DNA of 64,000 nucleotides from Octopus vulgaris. Its lineage: Eukaryota. The translations under genes were made by a program, and so were the position numbers. Below are positions 1 through 12,419 of the stretch, piece after piece. The DNA lies in NCBI GenBank assembly GCA_951406725.2, contig OX597823.1, positions 62,806,001 to 62,870,000 on the forward strand. Reading direction: 5' to 3'. The notes under the pieces are model-generated. The model did no database searches. It worked only from the letters and a program-made list of their open reading frames with translations, and was not told the DNA's origin. Each line of letters starts with the position of its first letter. Position 1 is the stretch's first letter.

Positions 1-810
1 GCCATTGTGAAAATCAATGAACAAGGGAGAAGCACAGCAAAGCAAAGACACACCATATAGCTGTATGACTCTACTATACGCCACTGGTTGGCAGACTGGC
101 GCCTGAGAATTGCATTAAGTGACTTCCAGCAGTGGAAACCTGAACTACAATGGGTTTGTCCCACAGAGAATGTTTCCGGTTATTTTTGGGTACCCCCTCG
201 TATGTGTGTGTGTATGTATATATATATATATATATATATATCACACACAGAAGGGTGAATCAGATAGTAATACAAATAAAAATTGCATTACTTTCTGACC
301 ACACCCTCATACATACATGCGTGTGTAGATCTATATATGTATTATTATTATTTGTTCTATGTCAAGTTACATATAAAACTAATTTAACATTAAACTGAAG
401 GGATGCCCAATACTTTTTCTCAGTAGAATACATGTTTATTAAACTTTTACAAAGGAAAGACTGTCTATGACTTCAAAGTTTCACCTTCCTTACCTTCATC
501 AGACTATATGTGAAAGAAGAGTAAGCCAAAACTTCAGTCTCTCTCTATTCCTTGTAAAAATCTTAATTGTATGTGTGATAATTTAATGTCCATTCTCTAT
601 GCTGACTTGGGTTGGGCAGTTTGACAAGTTTTGGCAAACTGGAGAGCTGCATCTGGCTCCATTGTCTTCTATGGCTGGATGCCCTTTCCAACATCAACTA
701 CTTGACAGTGCATTGGGTGTTTTTTATGTGGCACCAGCGTGTCTGGGGTTGCCAAGTAACTTGAAAACCAAAGACCAAGACCTCTCAGCCAAGAATGGCT
801 TTGTGTAAAC

Positions 811-860
<50 letters not shown>

Positions 861-1975
861 CTTTTTCTTGGCATTGTGCATCTCTTACACACCACTTGCT
901 CTGCCTCTTATTGACTTCACTTTCCCACCTCCTGCTAAATTGATATTGACCATTGGCTGTACCTCCACCCACGTTCTACATTCATTGCTGTCATAACTCC
1001 TATCTGTCACTCTCATTCTGCACCCTAGCAAACTTAGCTACCCATTCACCTTCCTGTAACATGGAAAGCAAGTCCCGACATTTTTTCACTAGCTTTTTTT
1101 TCGTCCAACAAAGGTAGCCATATATCTCTTTTACTGGTGGACACCTGTTTCTTTCCCCCTCATGCTTTAACCTTGCATTACTTGGTATAAAGCAACCTCC
1201 CTAAATATGACAGCCTCCCTAAATAACACAGTTGAGGGGTCTTGTTGATCAGTCAAGAAAGTAAAGATAATATAATTAAAACCACAAAGCCTTCTGAAAT
1301 ACAGTTACCCAGTATTTTCTGGCTGAATAATTAATTTATTTTGCCATTTATCAAGCTGATAAGATGATCTAGTAACTGCATTCAATACTGTTGCCATTTG
1401 AATGAACACATACATTTAGAAAAAGACAAACATAGGGGAGATAACTTCACAGTAAATATAAATGTATAAACATTACATTAAACAACATTAAAATTCTTTG
1501 TGATGTGTCTGGTACTTTATCCTTAATTTTTACTTGGATGTATTTTGTAAAATGTGAACATGAAAAAAAATCTTACCCATGGTGTTTACATAGTTACCAA
1601 GCATACAGAATATCTTTTTGACCTGCTATTATATGGTTCGATCCTAGAAAGCATCTTCCATTTGATGCTGCAGCTGACATTACTGTCCTTAAGTTTCCAG
1701 ATTAATGCTAAGAGGGTTGTTGCATCTCTTTTTGGGGTGTATAAAGGTTGAAAGATGATTATTGTGTCTAGATTTAAATTGTCTTCCACAGATCCAATAT
1801 TAAGCACATGATTAAAATCACATTCCTGCCTCTCCCCTACTTAATATGTAAAGGCCTATATCAATAAACAACCAACAACCCAGACCTGTTCTGAATGCAT
1901 GTGCAGAGATAAATCTAAATGTCCTCTGGGGCAAGCATGTATATCCGCCGTTATTTTTGAAGTACATGTATGGCA

Positions 1976-2010
<35 letters not shown>

Positions 2011-2221
2011 TATGTACATGTATCATCATCATCGTTTAACATCTGTTTTCCATGCTGGCACGAGTTGGACAGTTTGACTGAGTTCTGGTAAAGCCAGCAG
2101 CTGCATCAGGCTCCAATCTGATCTGGCAATGTTTCTACAGCTGGATGTCCTTCCTAATGCCAACCACTCCAAGAGTGTAGTGGATGCTTTTTAATTGTCA
2201 TTGGCAATATATATATGTGCA

Positions 2222-2269
<48 letters not shown>

Positions 2270-2271
<2 letters not shown>

Positions 2272-2470
2272 AAAATGTAACCTCGTGTGTACCGTTGGTG
2301 ATTTTTTTCCTGTCTTCCCTTCTCTGGATCTTTCCTTCTCCTATGTTTCCGACGAAGAGCTCCGCTCGAAACGTTAAACCCTCCTTCTTTCCTGAGCGTC
2401 CAATAATACTATATTTGTTCCACGTCCTTGCATTGTTGTGTTTTTTTGTGTTTTCTTGTTTGGATTAACT
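2270..2470 (+). mobile_element. Short dispersed repeat carrying a minimal hammerhead motif (Penelope-like terminal-repeat fragment)
   Basis: Flanked by (TA)n; an inverted homolog lies at ~4750-4910. Contains gttt-ccgacga-a-gagc-tcc-gctc-gaaa-cgtt-aaac. Confidence 0.55.
2345..2379 (+). ncRNA. Minimal type-I hammerhead ribozyme-like motif (core variant CCGACGA)
   Basis: Stem I GUUU/AAAC, core C-C-G-A-C-G-A (canonical CUGANGA with U4>C), stem II GAGC-UCC-GCUC, GAAA, palindromic AACGUU helix III. Confidence 0.5.
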
Positions 2471-2547
2471 TTATATATATATATATATATTTATATAAAA
2501 TATTTGTATATACATCTGTATTTGTGTATATGTACTTGTGCATGTAT

Positions 2548-3805
2548 AAAAGAGGCATTTCAGAAGTTTTTGAAATTTTTCAAGAGAGACATTTATTAAT
2601 TCCAAAGCAGTACAAAACTCATCTTTTTCAAAGTAGGATCCTCTGGCTTCAGTGCATTTGTGTAATGATCCAGCCGCTTTTGTGAGGTCCCTGTGAATGT
2701 CCTCAAAAATGAAGGTGTCCAGGATCCTTGTCACCACCTCCTTCATTTTTAAAATGATTGCTTCTGAAGTCCTTTAGCTTGGGGAACAACCAAAAGTCAC
2801 AGGGAGCAAGGTCTAGACTTTAGGGAGGGTGAAAGGCAATTTTGATGCCCGTCTCTGTCAAGTAGTTGGTTACCAGGATGCTTGTTACTAAGCCCAATGT
2901 GAACAAACTTTACTACTGTACTCTTGTACTTGTTTCAGTCATTTGACTGCGGCCATGCTGGAGCACTGCCTTTAATCGAGCAAATTGACCCCAGGACTTA
3001 TTCTTTGTAAGCGTAGTACTTATTCTAATGGTGTCATTTGCCGAACCGCTACGTTACGAGGATGTAAGCACACCATAATCGGTTGTCAAGCGATGTTGGG
3101 GGGATAAACACAGACACACAAGCACACACATATACATATATACGATGATCTTCTTTCAGTTTCCGTCTACCAAATCTACGCACAAGGCTTTGGTTGGCCC
3201 AAGGCTATAGTAGAAGAAACTTTCCACAAGGTGCAATGCAGTGGGACTGAACCCGGAACCATGTGGTTGGTAAGCGAACTACTTACCACACAGCCACTCC
3301 TGCGCCTATAAATTTTGTGTCTGTTCAGATCTTCATAGATAATTGAATGTACAGTTGCCACACCCACTTGAAACTGTATGCTTATTGTCTTTGCAGACAG
3401 AGCACAGTCATCATCTTGAAAATTGTGGATTTTCTCAACCAGTTCTAATGTTCTGACATCCTGCTCTCCCCCCAGATTTCATTGGCTCTCATTTCCTCTC
3501 TACTGTCCTTGAACCTCTTGTGCTAGTAATCCATAAGTAGTCTGGAGGGTAAGTTTCTGTAGCACTTTTACCCAGTTTTAGCAAAACTTCCAAATGCCCT
3601 GACTGCTTTCTGCAAATTAGACAGCTGTGGAAAACTGGGTTTAATAGGATGTGTTAAAAGTGCTGTTGCAAGTATCTCCTTCAATCTGGAATTACAAACG
3701 CTGTCAGGTCAGTTTATCATAATGATATACTAAAATTATAATAATCTTGGACTATTATAACTGCTTCACTTAAAAAAGCCTCTAAACTTCTGGAATGCAC
3801 CTCGT
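2548..3805 (-). mobile_element. Degenerate mariner-like element interrupted by a SINE
   Basis: ORF 2471..2746(-) contains ...LHKCTEARGSYFEKD, resembling the mariner C-terminal KC...G.YFE. TIR-like ends gaggcatttcagaagttt (~2552) and aaacttctggaatgcacctcg (~3784-3804). Confidence 0.5.
2920..3306 (-). mobile_element. tRNA-derived SINE, family B (near full length)
   Basis: Reverse complement starts ggcgcaggagtggctgtgtggtaag...ggttcagtcccactg (A/B-box-like) and ends gcatggccgcagtcaaatgactgaaacaagta. Many homologs in the window. Confidence 0.75.
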
Positions 3806-4152
3806 GCATGCGTGCGCACGTGTGTGTGTGTGTGTATATATATACGTGTATATATTTACATATATTTATGTAATGTATATATATGCCAGTATGGAAGGCA
3901 GATGTTAATAATAATGTATGTATATACGTTGTTGGTCGACTGTTGTGGTCGATGATGTGCAACCAAGCATTTGGTTCATTTGTGTACCCTCATGTGGGAT
4001 CTGAGGTCAGTCATTTGTGTGTGTGTGTATATATATATATATTCAAATTTATAGATATTTATATATAATATATATATATATATAAATATATATTTCGTTT
4101 TTGTATTTGGTTTGCAAGATTCTTTACATGAGTTCGTGTGTTGAAGCATATT

Positions 4153-4374
4153 CTGTTGTATCTGGGGAGAGTCATTTTCTTTTTGTGCCTTATAATATAA
4201 CACACTCACCAGTAAAATTTCCACTTTTTTCTTTATTTTTACTTTCCTAAAATTTTTGTTGCGTCTTGCAACCTTTTTAGGAAAGTAAAAATAAAGAAAA
4301 AAGTGGAAATTTTACTGGTGAGTGTGTTATATTATAAGGCACAAAAAGAAAATGACTCTCCCCAGACACAACAG
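4153..4374. repeat. Near-perfect inverted repeat (~100-bp arms, ~22-bp spacer)
   Basis: 4153-4252 is the reverse complement of 4275-4374 with about one mismatch. Mirror ORFs 3976..4224(-) and 4303..4530(+) share the same N-terminus. Confidence 0.92.
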
Positions 4375-4497
4375 TATATATATATATATATATATATATT
4401 TATTTATTTATTTATTTCCTTCTCTCCCTCTTTGTTCCTCCTCCTCTCTCGCTGTCTCCCCCCTCTATATATATTTAGGTGTGCATGTACACACACA

Positions 4498-4720
4498 TAC
4501 AAGGGTGTGCTAAAAAGTTCCTGGTTTTAGGTAAAAGAAAATACTGGAGGATCAGTTATGATTTTATTTTTAACATATTCCCCCTCCCCAGATTCACACA
4601 CTTATTGCAGCAATGATCCTTCAGTTTTTCTAAGTCCTATAAAAGAACTTGGAAGGTTGGTCCTCTAATCAGGCTTTTAAAATACTTTTAAGGCCAGGAA
4701 CTTTTCTGCTCCCGTTCATA
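4498..4720. mobile_element. Tc1/mariner-type MITE
   Basis: Imperfect TIRs tacaagggtgtgctaaaaagttcctgg / ccaggaacttttctgctcccgttcata with TA ends. Confidence 0.55.
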
Positions 4721-4749
4721 TATGGATCCATCCATCCATCTATCCCCCA

Positions 4750-4910
4750 AAATTAAGAACAAACACAAAAAACAACGCGAGGACATGGTACATGTAACGT
4801 ATTAGCAGATGCTCCGGGAAGGAAAGAAAGGCGGTTTTACGCTTCGAGCAAAGCTCTTCAGAAACAGGAGACAGAGGAAAATCCAAGAGAAAAGGAAGAT
4901 GGAGAAAAAA
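4750..4910 (-). mobile_element. Inverted homolog of the 2270-2470 repeat with degenerate hammerhead motif
   Basis: Reverse complement contains gtttctgaagagctttgctcgaagcgtaaaacc and similar flanks. Confidence 0.55.
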
Positions 4911-4944
4911 ATGTTTTTTCTGTGCTGATAGTAACGTGTATAAA

Positions 4945-6690
4945 TGAGAATCTGTTGTTTGGGTATGAGAGCTGCAAGTTTCTTATTAGGTCTCCCTAAA
5001 TGTTCAGTTTTTGATGCATCATTCTCATCAGTTGGACAACTAATCTCAACGACAGTGCATAGCCTTTGCTTTCTGTCTCATAGGACAATGCCTGGCTTGT
5101 TGCGCTTAGACTGGATTGCTCTTCTTATTGGGATGTTCCACCAATATTCTTTGTTTTTGTAGGCACAAACTCAGTTCGGCCATTAAGGCAGTCCTTCCTT
5201 TGTATAGCATTGTAAACTGTCTTTGTGAAAATGTGTCGTTTCACAAGGAAGTAATATCTTGCAATTTCCTGTTCGTAGACAGCAATGGTGTAACTTTCTA
5301 GGGAGATATGATGTACTTATTACAGGCTCAAGAGAGGTTACTACTCTTGTCAATGTTGCTGGTGTTATCTGGCTTGCGTTGCGAGATATGTACCTGTGTA
5401 TCACATTCTGTTTGTATGATGAGTATTTATCCTTCAAATCTCTGTTTGAGTGGGTTTGTCCAGTGATCTTAGGTTCAAATGGAACATCAGTACATGTAAA
5501 TACCTATTCAGATGTCTAGGTTGTGGATTTCTTCAAGCGTTCATTGTAGCACACCAGATGTTGGTACTAGTACTGGCATCACAAAAGTATTGCTTGATAA
5601 GGTTTTATTGGGTACAGAGAGCTCTAACTACCACAAATATATGTTTTGTAACTTTAGCTTTGCTTACATCACCAATATATGTGATATTCTCATCAATTCT
5701 GAGATATTTGTTGCATTCATTGCTGGAGAAATAGTTGTGCCGTTGATGTTAATATTCTCTGCCTGGTTGATTATCTTTTCTTGTTTGAGTAACAAATATG
5801 AACATATTTATCTTGATCAAAATCCATTCCTATATCCCATGAGAATGATGTAACCAGCTCTAACTCTCATGTCATAAATGTTTCTTGAGTACAACTTGAG
5901 GTTGTTTGCAACAGAGGCATGGGTGACATTAATCTTTCTGTCCTCTGCAGATCTCACCATGTAGCCTTTGCATTTCCTTAACAGGGCTTACAAGAGCTCA
6001 CTGCTTAGATGAAAAGCATTACAGATAAACTGTCAGTTTGAAATTTTTCTGTTGACAGCCTAATTTTGTTAGTCACTCTTGTAGGAGCTGTTGTTCTTGT
6101 TTATAGCTCTGTGGACCATGCTGTTGTCAGTCTCTTAATGGTATTAAGTATTGTATTTGGGAACTTGTCACAGTGTAATGACTCTAATATTCATGAACCA
6201 CACACCTTATAGTCTAATCATAGAGTCAACAGGTTTTGGCAGTGTTTTTCTTCTTTTAGAATGGCTTTGTTGATGAGGAACTGTGTAGCACAGCCACACA
6301 CATTTTTCTTTCCTTCAGGCCTGTTCATCAGCCACCATGTTATGTGTTTCACAGTGGTCTTGGAAGAAAACATTTAAGCAACCTATGTACAGTTTATACA
6401 TGATATTCAAGTGTGCTATCAGTCTGTACATTTTGGTTTTGTATTGTTTCCCAGTTATAAGGGATTAATATGCTACATGCCTCTGTCAACCAGTCTGGTA
6501 CATCAAGCTCAGCAGTGATTGTCCTTTTGAAAAGGTTAATGTAGGTTGCCCTGTAGAACATGAGCTTTCTGGACCTATAACTGACTATCATGTCTCTCCC
6601 TGGTGACTTTCTATTTGATAGCTTTGCAGTAACCATCAGAAGAGTTTCACTGTTGATATTATAGGTTTTGAGAGAGATGTTTGCATAGTA
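4945..6690 (-). pseudogene. Decayed RLE-type non-LTR retrotransposon (R4/Dong-like), RT start to endonuclease
   Basis: Minus-strand LSNRKSPGRDMIVSY..KL...VPDWLTEACSILIP (RT entry motif) and KRNKPGIVL*DRKQRLCTVVEISCPTD at ~5030-5108 (decayed PD..E restriction-like endonuclease). Many stops and frameshifts. Confidence 0.65.
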
Positions 6691-6763
6691 CTTATTCTGT
6701 ATGATACATTTATGTAAGTGTATGTATATATATGACTGTATGTGTGTATGTATAAGTAAGTGT

Positions 6764-7085
6764 GTAGGCACATGGTTTATCAGTTTGAGCGTCAGGCCCA
6801 CAATCATGAGGTAGTGAGTTTGATTCCTGGATTGGGCTGTGTGTTGTGTTCTCGAGCAAGGCACTTTATTTCACATTTCTCCAGTTCACTTGCCATGTTA
6901 CTGGTGCCAAGCTGTATCAGCCTTTGCCTTTCCCTTGGATAACATTAGTGGCATAAAGAGGGGAGGCTGGTATGCATGGGTGACTGCTGGTTTTCTATAA
7001 ACAACCTTGCTCGGACTTGTGCCTCAGAGGGTAACTTTCTAGGCAATTCCATGACCATTCATGACTGAAAGGGATCTTTACCCTT
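6764..7085 (+). mobile_element. SINE family C (tRNA-like head)
   Basis: gagtttgattcctgg B-box-like motif. Homologs at 31207-31520(+) and 60295-60625(-), partial at ~44165-44470. Confidence 0.65.
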
Positions 7086-8139
7086 ATGTGTCTATGTGCA
7101 TATGTGATGTGTGTGTGTATATAATCATGTATCATCATTTTCATTTAATATCTATTTTCCATGCCAGCATGGGTTGGATTGTTCAACAGGAACTAACATA
7201 AAAGAGGACTGCACTAAGCTGTAATGTCTTTTTTATGGTTTCTACTGCTGGATGCCCTTCCTAATTTCAGTCACTTTATAGGGTGTACTGTGTGCTTTTT
7301 ACACGACACTATCACCAGTGAGGTCACCAAATGACTAACAAGACAAGACCCCTTAAGTGGAATGTTGTATTGAGGGAGGAGTCTTTATGTGAAGTGATTA
7401 GAAGTTAAAGTGAGATAGAGGGATAACAACAGGTATCTTGCCATTGGGGAGATATATAATTACTCCATTTGGAAAAGAGAGGAGATGGTGGTGAAGATGT
7501 GTCAGGGCAAATCCTCAAGTTAGAGGAAGGGGAATGCAAGAAGTGGTACAGGGTGAATGAGTAGGTAGGTATGTTCTCGAGTGTTTGAAAGGAGACTTAC
7601 AGATGGATAAAGATGATGATAGAGGGGAATGCAGTGAGTGGTGAACGTAGGTGAAGATGTAGTCATTTGGGAATAATTTTTGTTGGGGGAGGTGGCAGCA
7701 CAGATGATGTGAAGTGTGTTGGTGTGGGATGCAAGAAATATGCACGGAGCAAGGGACTAAGTCTTAGGCACTTAGGAACATAAGCAATAGGGGTGCTGGG
7801 GGCAACTATTGGTTAAGTGGGGGTTTGTGGAAAATGGTAAGTGAAAAGGGCGTGTAATGGAAATATGATGGTATGGGATGTCACTGAGGAGGCATGAGAC
7901 AAAGGAAGTGATTCAAGAGAAAGTGAGAGGTAGGGAGTTGAACTATGTGCAGTTTTGCTCTCATAATTGCAGCAGCTGACTGAATAGTACTGTAATCAGA
8001 AGTGTTTTGAAGGGATTGACATTAGGAAGAGATGGTCAGTTGGAGGGGTGGATGTTATGAAGATGAATTTTGGGGGAGATATTCATCAGAGACAGGCTTA
8101 GTGCAGGTGCATAGACAAATAATATGCTTTTAGGGCCTC

Positions 8140-11100
8140 ATCTTTGCTTAGATTGATGAGTCTTTTTGAGCAAAGCAAACCACCTATCATCTTAGTCTTT
8201 GTCATCCCCTCCAGGAGGCTGAACATATTGAGGTCAATTTTCACTACTTCATTCTATGTCTTCCTAGATTTCCTTCTTTCATAGGTTCCATTCACATTTA
8301 GCAGTCAGCACTTCTTTATGCTGCTGTTCACATCTATACGTATCACATTACCATACCAATTCAGTCTTCTCACTCACATACACCTGATACCACTTATGCT
8401 AAATTTTTCTCTCATCATGTTTACACTTTGTTGTATGTGTATACTGATGTTGCACATCCATCAGTACATGGTAGCTTCATTTCTGTCTAGCCTATGCCTG
8501 CTCACTGCATTCATGGCCAATGTTTCACTATCATGTAGCATTAGCATCATATAATCTGTTTTTCAGTCTGAGAGAGTGGCCTTTTGTTATAGAGGTGATA
8601 GCTCTCTGGACTTTTTCTCCACTCAGTCCTTATTTTTGCAACTTAGCTTTCAGAGCATTCTCATCCACTGCTAATTTGGTCACCCAGGGTAACAGAAATA
8701 TCTACTACCACTAAGGAATCCTCCTGGGTGTTTGAGGTAATTTGTTTTCTGTGTTCTTAGTGTTTGTTTTTGTGCATCTGCCACACAAAGCCTATTTTCT
8801 CTAACCTCCCTGTGATTCCATGCACCTCTTACATGTCTACATTTTGCACAAGGTGCACTGTATCCCAATATGTCTGTTTTCCTGCACACTAGAACTTTGA
8901 TCTTTACAAGTTTACTTAAGGGCCATTTGATTTCAAGTTATTCCTCACCATCTGGAATTCCTTTTCTAATTCTACTATAGATCCAGATACAAGAGCACAG
9001 TCATTAGCAATGAGTCTCCTGTTATGGCCTAGAGGACTCTAATAAATATGAGAAGACTTAAAACTGACCCCACCTGCACACTAAATCTAAATTTATTGTT
9101 ATACTAATTACTAATTCTTTCTTTACTGACAACAACTTTGTACATGGCTTGGATGACTTTCACCAGCCACTTGGGTACCCCTACATCTGTAACAAGAGAC
9201 CATGGAGAAGGTTATTTCTCCATGTTGAGAAATACCAAGTACAGCTGTTTATTTTTAGGCAAAATATTTCTCTTGCATTTGACTTATTATGAAGATAGTG
9301 CCAGTAGTGCTTCTCCTTGGCACAAAACCAAACTGCTCTCATCTTGGCTAACACTTTCTCTAATTAGTTGAGCTATGACCCTTTCTATAACTTTCCTGAC
9401 CCAGCCCAGCAATTTGATACCTCTAATTGCTTTTCTCCTTTTGTTACAAGTGACTATAATACTCTTTTCTAATCTAGGCACAAGGCCTGAGATATTTGGG
9501 AGGGGGCCAGTCGATTAGAATGACCCCAGTACGCAACTGCTACTTAATTTTTCAACCCCAAAAGGATGAAAGGTAAAGTTGACCTTGGCAGAATTTGAAC
9601 TCAGAATGTAAAGACAGATGAAATATCATTAGGCATTTTGCCCGGCGTGCTAATGTTTGTGTCAGCTCACCACCTTAAGTGACTATAATACTGCCACATC
9701 AATTGTTAGGTACGATACCTTCCTGTGCAACCTGATTAATCGCTTGTTAAGATTATCTCTACAGATTTTCTATAGAAATTATAGCCAGCACTAATTTGTT
9801 ACAATGTTTTGTATCCAGATACATATAAAAATTTAAACAACAATGCAATTGAAAATGGAAAAATGGGTAACGAGTGTTTATGCCATATTTCAGGAGTTCT
9901 TATTCCTTCATCAGTATCACATCCAACCCATTAACCATCCACAAACTCATTGCTTAAATAGCCACGAAATATAATGGTGTAACTTTACTGGATAAATCAA
10001 TTTTACAAGTCATTAACCTGATTAATAATACAGGAGACTAGGTCTTATCCAACTCCACCAGATCTTTTTAGTATCTCATCAGTAATTTATGATGGCCCAG
10101 GAGTCTTCCCTGTCTACATATTATGTTGCTGTCATCTAGGATAGCTGGTCCTTCTTTTGGGTTCATATTAGGAAAACACTCCTCTTCCTATACACTCTCC
10201 ACAGATAGTAGCCTTTCATATCAGCCTCTTTCTTTCCAGAATCACTAAGTACAAGCACATCAATCATCCATCTGTATACAGTTCTCACTCACAGTATCAC
10301 AATTTTCTCTGATACACTGTTTTTCAATTCAGAATATCATGTCCCTGGTTTTCATGCCATAGAACATTGGCACATCTCTTCCTTTTTTGCTTCTCTCCTT
10401 GCTAGATAGACCTGTCGCCTAGCTTCTCTTCTAACCTCCTGGTATGTTCCTCTGCTACCCTTTTTCTTCCAATCCTAGTTTCTTTTTTTAGTTTTGTGAC
10501 CCTGTCAACTTCACTGTTCCACCATTTCATCCTTGGTCAAGCTGGAACTTTGCAATCTTCAGTAGGTTTACCCAAAAGAACTTCCAGTTCTCCTCTACAT
10601 TATATGTTTCTATCTCATCCCCCATTTCACCAAGTGCTTCAACTAGTACTTCTCTAATTTTCTGACTGTTCACTGAATCTTTAAGTTGCCATAACTTTCT
10701 TTTAGCTTTAAGTCTGAAGTCACTAGCCACTGATTGAAGTTGGGTTGTAGGTTCCTCATCCCAGAAGGTTTTTGCATTCACAAGCATCTGTCTAGCCTGT
10801 TTTCTTGTGAGAATGTAGTCAATCTGGCTTGTGTGCCTACTAAATTGGTTGCTGATCATCAGCTCATTTGCATCACAGAACTCTAAGAGCCTTGTTCCCT
10901 TGTCATTTCTAGGATCAAAGCCATAGCCTACATATATAGCATGAAATCAGTGTTCATTGAAGTCCCCAACCACAAAGATGATTAACTATTATTTGTCATT
11001 GAGCTAATCTGCAAAACAGTTTTGTAAAATCAGTTGTTTTGTTCATTTACCACTCTCAGTTGAGCATATACAGAGATGAATGCTGCTGTTGTATTTTCCA

Positions 11101-11580
11101 AGATTTGTCCTAAAATTAATTATCCTGTCACACCCTCTAATTACCTTGATCACCTTATTTATCAATTTCTCTGCCAAAAATATAACTACATCTCCCACGC
11201 CATCACTATTGCACAGCCAGAAGAATCTATATCTTTGTTCCTTGCCCATGGGAGTTTAACTGAGGCTCCTCTCCGCCTTGCATCTTGTACACAGCAAACA
11301 TCTACATTCCTGTTTTAGTATTTCAATAAGCTCATCAGACCTACCTCTTGTGCCTAGATGGATTGTGGGTGTTCTGATTTTATGGACTGCTTGGGAGGAA
11401 CAAGTGGGCAGCATCTGAAAAGAAGGAGGTTTTGTATGAACATTTGTTTAAGGTTAGAGGGCTCTTGTACATATCCAAATAATTATTACAAGTACGTCTG
11501 TTCAATAAATTACCATATCTCCCAAATCCCCAGGGCTTCACCAGAAAGGGTGGAAGGCCAAGAAACTACGACTGGGGTGT
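8140..11580 (-). pseudogene. Decayed RTE-clade LINE (APE endonuclease + RT)
   Basis: Minus-strand fragments RYRFFW..NSDGVGDVVIFLAEK...DRII and SQIDYILTRK...VASDF (APE), IRGIKLL...KVIERVI (RT), and a C-terminal GxPRKT-like region near 8250. Heavily disrupted. Confidence 0.78.
9464..9676 (-). mobile_element. SINE family D inserted in the RTE LINE, 16-bp TSD
   Basis: aagtgactataatact at 9448-9463 and 9677-9692. Internal gagttcaaattc B-box and ctttcatccttttgggg core on the minus strand. Confidence 0.8.
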
Positions 11581-12016
11581 GAGGTACATTCGCTAGTGAC
11601 TTTCTGCATATACTGTACATGCATTATATTATATATATATATACCCACATGAGTACACCTTATAAGTAAAAGAACTGCAGGAAGAATGCTACTGATTGGT
11701 GTGGTTGGGTGAGAGTTGGAAAGGGAAGGGAGAATTACAAGAGCTGATACCATCTCTAGTCAAGCAATCATTAACTTTAGTACTTTTACATTTAACATAT
11801 TATAGTAACTTAATTAGGTAACTAGAAATCTTTCAGAAAACAATATGAAAATTCATTTGGTGCCTGTCAGATTATTTGAGGATTTGGGGAACACAGCAAA
11901 AACATTGAACAATATTATCACATATTGAAAGTAAATAGCAGTCAGGTACTGAAGTCTCATCAATGAACATATCAAGAATGTGTGTGTGTGTACATACGTA
12001 CGTACATATATATATA

Positions 12017-12380
12017 TCATCATCATCATTTAACGTCCGTTCTCCATGCTAGCATGGGTTGGACGGTTCGACCGGGGATCTGGGAAGCCAGAAGGCTGCA
12101 CCAGGCTCCAGTCTTATCTGGCAATGTTTCTACAGCTGGATGCCCTTCCTAACGCCAACCACTCCGTGAGTGTAGTGGGTGCTTTTTACGTGCCACCTGC
12201 ACAGGTGCCAGGTGAGGCTGGCAACGGCCACGGTCGGATTGGTGTATTTTATGTGCCACCGGCACGAACCCAGTCGAGGCGGTGCTGGCATCGGCCACAA
12301 GTCGGATAGTGCTTTTTACGTACCACCAGACCAGGGATCCTGGCTGGTTCAATTCGATTTCGATTTTGATTTCGCTTGCC

Positions 12381-12382
<2 letters not shown>
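12017..12382 (-). mobile_element. 5'-truncated RTE LINE 3' end (family A, (GAT)n tail)
   Basis: catcatcat-ttaacgtccg...gctggatgcccttcctaacgccaaccac. Near-identical copies at 21227, 33112, 60940 (-) and 19490-19833 (+); older copies at ~580, 2022, 7130, 23880, 47950. Confidence 0.75.
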
Positions 12383-12418
<36 letters not shown>

Positions 12419-12419
12419 C

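Noticed and set aside
2920-3306. tRNA genes suggested by A/B-box motifs in SINE heads
   Set aside because: No complete cloverleaf; the motifs are the 5' parts of multi-copy SINEs.
11500-11600. HDV-like ribozyme at the RTE 5' end
   Set aside because: Known for some RTE elements, but I could not fit the nested double pseudoknot by eye.
12046-12309. Recurring ORF MLAWVGRF...AMFLQLDALPNANHS (also 21265, 60984, 19421)
   Set aside because: Antisense reading of the RTE 3' UTR repeat, not a gene family.
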